Positions 22,268-26,142 of a stretch of 26,142 nt of DNA are shown one piece after another. Numbering within the stretch: the first letter of the stretch is position 1; each line of letters starts with the position of its first letter. Under the pieces are notes generated by a model. The model had not been told where the DNA came from. It did no database searches and saw only the letters and a program-made list of their open reading frames with translations. The position numbers and the translations under genes were made by a program. Source of the DNA: Promethearchaeota archaeon (GTDB lineage: Archaea; Asgardarchaeota; Thorarchaeia; Thorarchaeales; Thorarchaeaceae); NCBI GenBank assembly GCA_014728035.1, contig WJMJ01000060.1, forward strand, positions 1 through 26,142, read 5' to 3'.

Positions 22268-22621
22268 TTATGGAGCCACCCCCCGGCCACGATCCGGGAA
22301 CCTCTGGTTTACAAAACCAGTGCTGCTGCCAATTGAGCTAGGGTGGCTATTTTTGATGTCCTCAAAAACCTCAGAAAAATCATCAATCCAATTTATGTCA
22401 GACAAAGAAAAACAATAATTCAAAGTGCAAGAATTCCTTCGCAAATGCTTCAAAATAATTAGATCCGAATGTTCATGTATTGTTACTATAGCATAAGCAC
22501 TTGGTTCTTCACCAAATTTGATATAGTATCCACACAAAACCACCCCACATGTTACGGGTCTAACTTCGCATTCAGTCAATTCACTCAAAAAACAAGACAC
22601 AAAGTCATTCTTCATTATCAA
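22268..22621 (-). CDS. hypothetical protein reading through tRNA-Thr
   Basis: ORF track; stop TAA immediately after the tRNA CCA. Confidence 0.5.
   Translation of the reverse strand: MIMKNDFVSCFLSELTECEVRPVTCGVVLCGYYIKFGEEPSAYAIVTIHEHSDLIILKHLRRNSCTLNYCFSLSDINWIDDFSEVFEDIKNSHPSSIGSSTGFVNQRFPDRGRGVAP
22271..22347 (-). tRNA. tRNA-Thr(UGU)
   Basis: Loop TT-TGT-AA, T-loop ATCGTGG, CCA. Confidence 0.88.
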
Positions 22622-22707
22622 GCTCGCCCAATATGTCTTTCTCCCACGCCTCTATTTCTTGACGTTCAGTGCTTCTCAAATGGCGTCTCATCCAATCGAC
22701 AAAATGC

Positions 22708-23109
22708 CTAAGGATTTTGATCGGTGTCTTGATCATCTCTAGCAAGGTTTGCATAATTTTCAATCCACAATTTTTCAATACATTTCCTAATCTTGTCGAT
22801 ATTTTTGTCATTGACGACAAATTCTTTATTCACACTCATGTTATTCGGTCTTGCTATCTTTATCTTGTTACCATCAAAGAACATCCACAAAACCAAAGAT
22901 CCTGTCATGTAAATATCATAATTGGTATCAGTAATCTTGTCAACGACAATATCGTCAATGTCAAATAATTCCTTTATGAAAAGAACATCAGCGTGGTTCT
23001 GGCCATTCTGCCTCACATCCGCATCCTTCCAATGGCTTCTTGACATATTCATGGCTTCTCTTATCTGGGGATTTGAGCCATCTAAAGTATAAATCTGGAC
23101 CCCATTCAT
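22708..23109 (-). CDS. hypothetical protein (start uncertain, 23109 or 23184)
   Basis: ORF track. Confidence 0.55.
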   Translation of the reverse strand: MNGVQIYTLDGSNPQIREAMNMSRSHWKDADVRQNGQNHADVLFIKELFDIDDIVVDKITDTNYDIYMTGSLVLWMFFDGNKIKIARPNNMSVNKEFVVNDKNIDKIRKCIEKLWIENYANLARDDQDTDQNP

Positions 23110-23266
23110 TATCGTCTCGAGATTCCACCTCAGCATCGCCGAAAGCAACAGCAATAAGCATATCCCTAGTAGACATGGGAACAATGCACCAAGACATATA
23201 ATCAGTGCTGCAATAAAATGATTCCCACAAATCTATTTGTCTCGTATCTTCATCATGTAATCCCAT
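22988..23266 (-). CDS. hypothetical protein
   Basis: SD GAGG; overlaps the next ORF. Confidence 0.45.
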   Translation of the reverse strand: MGLHDEDTRQIDLWESFYCSTDYMSWCIVPMSTRDMLIAVAFGDAEVESRDDNEWGPDLYFRWLKSPDKRSHEYVKKPLEGCGCEAEWPEPR

Positions 23267-23277
23267 TTATTTCCTCA

Positions 23278-23362
23278 TGGTGGGCCAAGTTGGGTTCGAA
23301 CCAACGTAGGCTGTGCCAATAGATTTACAGTCTATCACCTTTGGCCTCTCGGTCATTGACCC
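23278..23362 (-). tRNA. tRNA-Tyr(GUA)
   Basis: Long variable arm, loop CT-GTA-AA, CCA. Confidence 0.92.
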
Positions 23363-23364
23363 AT

Positions 23365-23829
23365 TTATTCAACCAAATTCAATTCCGCCTCAGACATTTG
23401 AGTTCTTAATTGTCTAGCGTGATTGCGCAATTCGAAATATTCTCCATAATGACCATCTTTGATTTTTTCTATGACTTGATCCAAAAATTTTATAATCTCG
23501 TCAAAAGAATCAAAAAGTTTTGCATTATTGGCTATTGATATCAAAAGTTCTCTGATCGTCTTGTCATTAGAATTTTCCCACGCATCACAAAAACTACAGG
23601 AACCAAAATGGTCAGTTATCAATACCAATTTTGGCTGCAGATCTGGATTCGGAGGCGCAAACAAAAAGACCAAAGCATCGGATCCTTGATAACTTCCCTC
23701 CGTATTTGACGCCAGTACCTGAGAATCGACAAATAAATTAGAAAGCTGCGCAACATGATCTCCGGAATTTCTGGGAGTCCATTCCCTATCAAGCATCACT
23801 TCCCAATTTATGAAATCAGCCATTCTCAT
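23365..23829 (-). CDS. hypothetical protein (GSYQG..FGSCSFCD)
   Basis: ORF track. Confidence 0.7.
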   Translation of the reverse strand: MRMADFINWEVMLDREWTPRNSGDHVAQLSNLFVDSQVLASNTEGSYQGSDALVFLFAPPNPDLQPKLVLITDHFGSCSFCDAWENSNDKTIRELLISIANNAKLFDSFDEIIKFLDQVIEKIKDGHYGEYFELRNHARQLRTQMSEAELNLVE

Positions 23830-24002
23830 AACCGAACACCCCGTGGTTCTTTGTTTTTGAATATTTCTTGTAATTTCACTTGCTTTTCACAACTCCATTC
23901 CATATTAGACACTATCTCTTTACATTTTTCTCTGGCATCGAAATCGTCAACACCAGACAGTGGTATTCTGATCGTAAGCATGTAATCTTTAGTACGAACC
24001 AT
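23826..24002 (-). CDS. 58-aa hypothetical protein
   Basis: GGAG SD; MVRTKDYMLTIRIPLSGVDDFDAREKC...; ATGA coupling. Confidence 0.55.
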   Translation of the reverse strand: MVRTKDYMLTIRIPLSGVDDFDAREKCKEIVSNMEWSCEKQVKLQEIFKNKEPRGVRL

Positions 24003-24018
24003 TTTTCTTCTCCAAATT

Positions 24019-24089
24019 TGGACCGAACGAGATTCGAACTCATACCAGGAGTTTGCAGGACTCCTATGCTCCCATTACACTATCGGCCC
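24019..24089 (-). tRNA. tRNA-Ala(UGC), CCA not encoded
   Basis: G3:U70 present; loop CC-TGC-AA (C33). Confidence 0.85.
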
Positions 24090-24092
24090 ATC

Positions 24093-24167
24093 TGGCGCGG
24101 CTACGGGGAGTCGAACCCCGACCTCAAGATAGACAATCTTGCGTCCTTGCCACTAGACCATAGCCGC
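24093..24167 (-). tRNA. tRNA-Asp(GUC)
   Basis: Loop TT-GTC-TA, G73, CCA. Confidence 0.9.
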
Positions 24168-24170
24168 AAA

Positions 24171-24247
24171 TGGCACCGGGGGCGCGACTCGAACGCGCAA
24201 TCTTCGCTTTAGAAGAGCGATGCCTTGATCCGTTTGGCTACCCCGGC
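24171..24247 (-). tRNA. tRNA-Arg(UCU)
   Basis: Loop CT-TCT-AA, CCA. Confidence 0.9.
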
Positions 24248-24317
24248 TTATTTGATGGATTTATTTTTCTAATTCTGATTGACATTGGATCGCTCACGAG
24301 TCCAACCATTTGGCATA

Positions 24318-24536
24318 TTATTTCCTCTTTCCAAGTCTTTCCAACATTTTTTCAATTCGAATCAAATCCTCAGGCATTTCATGGTCCAAATGTCTGATGG
24401 TCAGTCTCTTTAAGGCTTCATCTGGGCTCCTTAGCCCTTCTTTGTAACTCCACATGCAACAATAAGCGGCGCATGTAAAACTGCAAAACCAATGATTTTG
24501 ATCTATTTTCTTACCACATTCAATACAACGATTCAT
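24318..24536 (-). CDS. small Cys-rich (TRASH/zinc-finger-like) protein
   Basis: MNRCIECG....FCSFTC; trimmed to exclude tRNA-Trp. Confidence 0.6.
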   Translation of the reverse strand: MNRCIECGKKIDQNHWFCSFTCAAYCCMWSYKEGLRSPDEALKRLTIRHLDHEMPEDLIRIEKMLERLGKRK

Positions 24537-24547
24537 TTTATTCTCTT

Positions 24548-24621
24548 TGGCACGCCGGGAAGGCATCGAACCCTCATCAAGAGATTTGGAATCTCCCATG
24601 TTACCATTACACCACCGGCGT
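24548..24621 (-). tRNA. tRNA-Trp(CCA)
   Basis: Loop TT-CCA-AA, G73, CCA. Confidence 0.9.
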
Positions 24622-24624
24622 ATT

Positions 24625-24699
24625 TGGTGGTGCTACATGGAATTGAACCATGATCTCGTCCTTATCAGAGACGCGTGATAACCATTCTACCATAGCACC
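24625..24699 (-). tRNA. tRNA-Ile(GAU)
   Basis: Loop CT-GAT-AA, CCA. Confidence 0.9.
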
Positions 24700-24703
24700 A
24701 ACC

Positions 24704-24949
24704 TCAAACATCTGATGACTTTCTTGTTTTCTTGTAATCCTGACCTCTCTCAATTACCTCCTTTTCTTCCCTTCGTCTCGTTCCGACCAAAATAATTTCC
24801 CACCCATCGGTCCATTCCTTACTTTCCCGGTTCTGTAATTTTATAACCTTACCCCTAATTGCATATTTTTCAGGTATCCAACTGGTGAGTATTTCCTTTT
24901 TGTCTTCAAGGACTCTAACCATCAGGCATTGTTTATAATATATCATCAT
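24704..24949 (-). CDS. hypothetical protein (start MMIYYKQC)
   Basis: Track ORF trimmed to exclude tRNA-Glu. Confidence 0.65.
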   Translation of the reverse strand: MMIYYKQCLMVRVLEDKKEILTSWIPEKYAIRGKVIKLQNRESKEWTDGWEIILVGTRRREEKEVIERGQDYKKTRKSSDV

Positions 24950-24964
24950 AAATACCTTCACCGT

Positions 24965-25040
24965 TGGCGTCCCCGACAGGGTTCGAACCTGCAATCTTCT
25001 GATAGAAAGTCAGATGGCTTAACCATTCGCCTACGGGGAC
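24965..25040 (-). tRNA. tRNA-Glu(UUC)
   Basis: Loop CT-TTC-TA, G73, CCA. Confidence 0.9.
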
Positions 25041-25045
25041 ATATT

Positions 25046-25121
25046 TGGTAGCGGGTAGTGGAATCGGACCACTCTTGGGTGCTTATGAGACACCCCAGAC
25101 CACCAGGCCTAGCCACCCGCA
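25046..25121 (-). tRNA. tRNA-Met(CAU), initiator-like acceptor end
   Basis: U1xU72 mismatch, loop CT-CAT-AA; the anticodon stem lacks the three consecutive G-C pairs. Confidence 0.8.
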
Positions 25122-25288
25122 TCAAGTCTTTCTATTCTCAATCCTCCAAACTTTCCGGCCCATTTCTTCAAGTCGAAAAATAACTTGCCTTTAAATTTCC
25201 TCGCTATCGGAGCCGTGTCTTTTATGAAACCATTTCTGACAACAACCCAAATGGTGAATTTGTTACATGATAACCAATATTCTTCCAT
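25109..25288 (-). CDS. 59-aa hypothetical protein
   Basis: MEEYWLSCNKFTIWVVVRNGFIKDTAPIARKFKGK...; hand translated. Confidence 0.6.
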   Translation of the reverse strand: MEEYWLSCNKFTIWVVVRNGFIKDTAPIARKFKGKLFFDLKKWAGKFGGLRIERLDAGG

Positions 25289-25294
25289 AATTCC

Positions 25295-25369
25295 TGGAGC
25301 GCCGTGCGGGTTCTGCCCCCGCTCCTACAGCTTGGAAGGCTGTCATGCAGCTATTAACACCTACGGCGC
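25295..25369 (-). tRNA. tRNA-Gly(UCC), atypical D/T loops
   Basis: GCG start, U73, loop CT-TCC-AA, T-loop GGCAGAA, no GG in the D-loop. Confidence 0.82.
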
Positions 25370-25383
25370 AACTCCGTTTTGTT

Positions 25384-25571
25384 GTTTCGGCTTCTGGTTT
25401 TAATGATTTTTGGAGAAGCCGAAACGATCCGTTAGCATATGCTTTCTGGATCTTGGCTTCCCCAATTGGTGGGATTAATCCCATAGAGGTAGGCCAAGAT
25501 CGTCGGCAGGCAAAAGCCTGTCGCCATCCTTTTGTGTTGTCTAGATTTGGATAATGACAACATTTGAAAGC
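25384..25571. ncRNA. candidate multi-hairpin structured element
   Basis: Four hairpins of 7-12 bp plus a GCTTTC/GAAAGC closing helix; no credible ORF. Confidence 0.45.
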
Positions 25572-25647
25572 CTATCCCTCTACATCGGGGTTCGAATTAT
25601 TTTTGCTTAAAATGCGTCTTGCGGACCTATTGTTTATAACACATCCA

Positions 25648-25869
25648 CTAATTATATCGCCATCTCATTAACGAATATATAACCATCGATATTGGTACAC
25701 CTATCCATATTGGACAGAATACCCAATACCATGGCCATACAATAGCGTTTAAAAGCCACAAAAACAGAAAAACAAGAAAACAACAGAAAGAGATAATAAG
25801 AATGATGTATGGAAAGATGACCGCAAATAATGAACCAAATATCGAATCAAATAATCCTTGCATCTGCAT
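25648..25869 (-). CDS. small membrane protein (W.W.WV..PIW)
   Basis: Two hydrophobic helices; SD upstream. Confidence 0.7.
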   Translation of the reverse strand: MQMQGLFDSIFGSLFAVIFPYIILIISFCCFLVFLFLWLLNAIVWPWYWVFCPIWIGVPISMVIYSLMRWRYN

Positions 25870-25885
25870 AATCTTTCCTTATCTC

Positions 25886-26142
25886 CTAGACACCAGAACT
25901 ACTGGAACTGGAACTACTTGAACTACTAGAACTGGAACTACTGGAGCCCTCTGGGCTAAGCAACAAAACTAGATCTGTCTCAATATTTATCTCTGGGGAA
26001 AGCAAAAGAGACAATTCTGCGGCGACTGAACTGCTGGAACTTGAACTACTTGAAGAGCTAGACGAACTTGACGAGCTACTAGAGCTTGACGAAGAGGAAC
26101 TAGAGGAACTAGAGGAACTAGAGGAACTAGAGGAACTAGAGG
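25886..26142 (-). CDS. 3' end of a poly-serine protein (5' end beyond window)
   Basis: (S)n-VAAELSLLLSPEINIETDLVLLLSPEG-(S)n-GV*; mixed Ser codons indicate protein-level selection. Confidence 0.7.
   Translation of the reverse strand, partial: SSSSSSSSSSSSSSSSSSSSSSSSSSSSSSSSSSSSSSVAAELSLLLSPEINIETDLVLLLSPEGSSSSSSSSSSSSSSSSSGV
26094..26142. repeat. 9-bp tandem repeat (GAGGAACTA) x5.4
   Basis: Read directly; encodes SSS on the minus strand. Confidence 0.9.

Noticed and set aside
25263-25554. ORFs 25263..25484 (-) and 25345..25554 (+), and possible TAG readthrough upstream
   Set aside because: They overlap tRNA-Gly and the hairpin element; no SD or start, and the translation is not protein-like.
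1-26142. Genome-wide TAG reassignment (genetic code 15)
   Set aside because: Long ORFs are intact in the standard code and several genes end at TAG directly before the next feature; only two codon-3 TAGs look programmed.
11613-26142. CRISPR array from the short repeats at 11613 and 26094
   Set aside because: Head-to-tail tandem repeats without spacers, encoding Ser tracts.

Overview
This is an AT-rich, densely packed accessory region of what is most likely a large (jumbo, T4-superfamily-like) tailed phage. Almost everything is on the minus strand. It holds 22 apparently intact tRNA genes and 2 broken ones, interleaved with small hypothetical ORFs. Recognisable proteins include glycosyltransferases, an FCP1/NIF-like HAD phosphatase, a nucleotidyltransferase, a P-loop ATPase, a thermonuclease, HNH and PD-(D/E)XK endonucleases, a stand-alone response-regulator receiver and a STAS-like protein. 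The most striking locus is 3656-6096, which the ORF track largely misses. An amber (CUA) tRNA with tRNA-Pyl-like architecture lies about 660 nt upstream of two adjacent reading frames that each begin SD-N7-Met-(Ser/Thr)-TAG. One continues as a Pth2-like protein. The other continues as a leader with an RGPP arrest-type motif whose codons are complementary to the next gene's SD. A DIP1984-like gene and a ~267-nt structured RNA follow. Other notable items are a GC-rich island with integron attC-like cassettes, small proteins carrying tail-sheath or capsid fragments, a tRNA-Leu(GAG) split around an intact tRNA, and systematic non-canonical tRNA loops. All family assignments come from motif recognition by eye; no database search or folding program was run.
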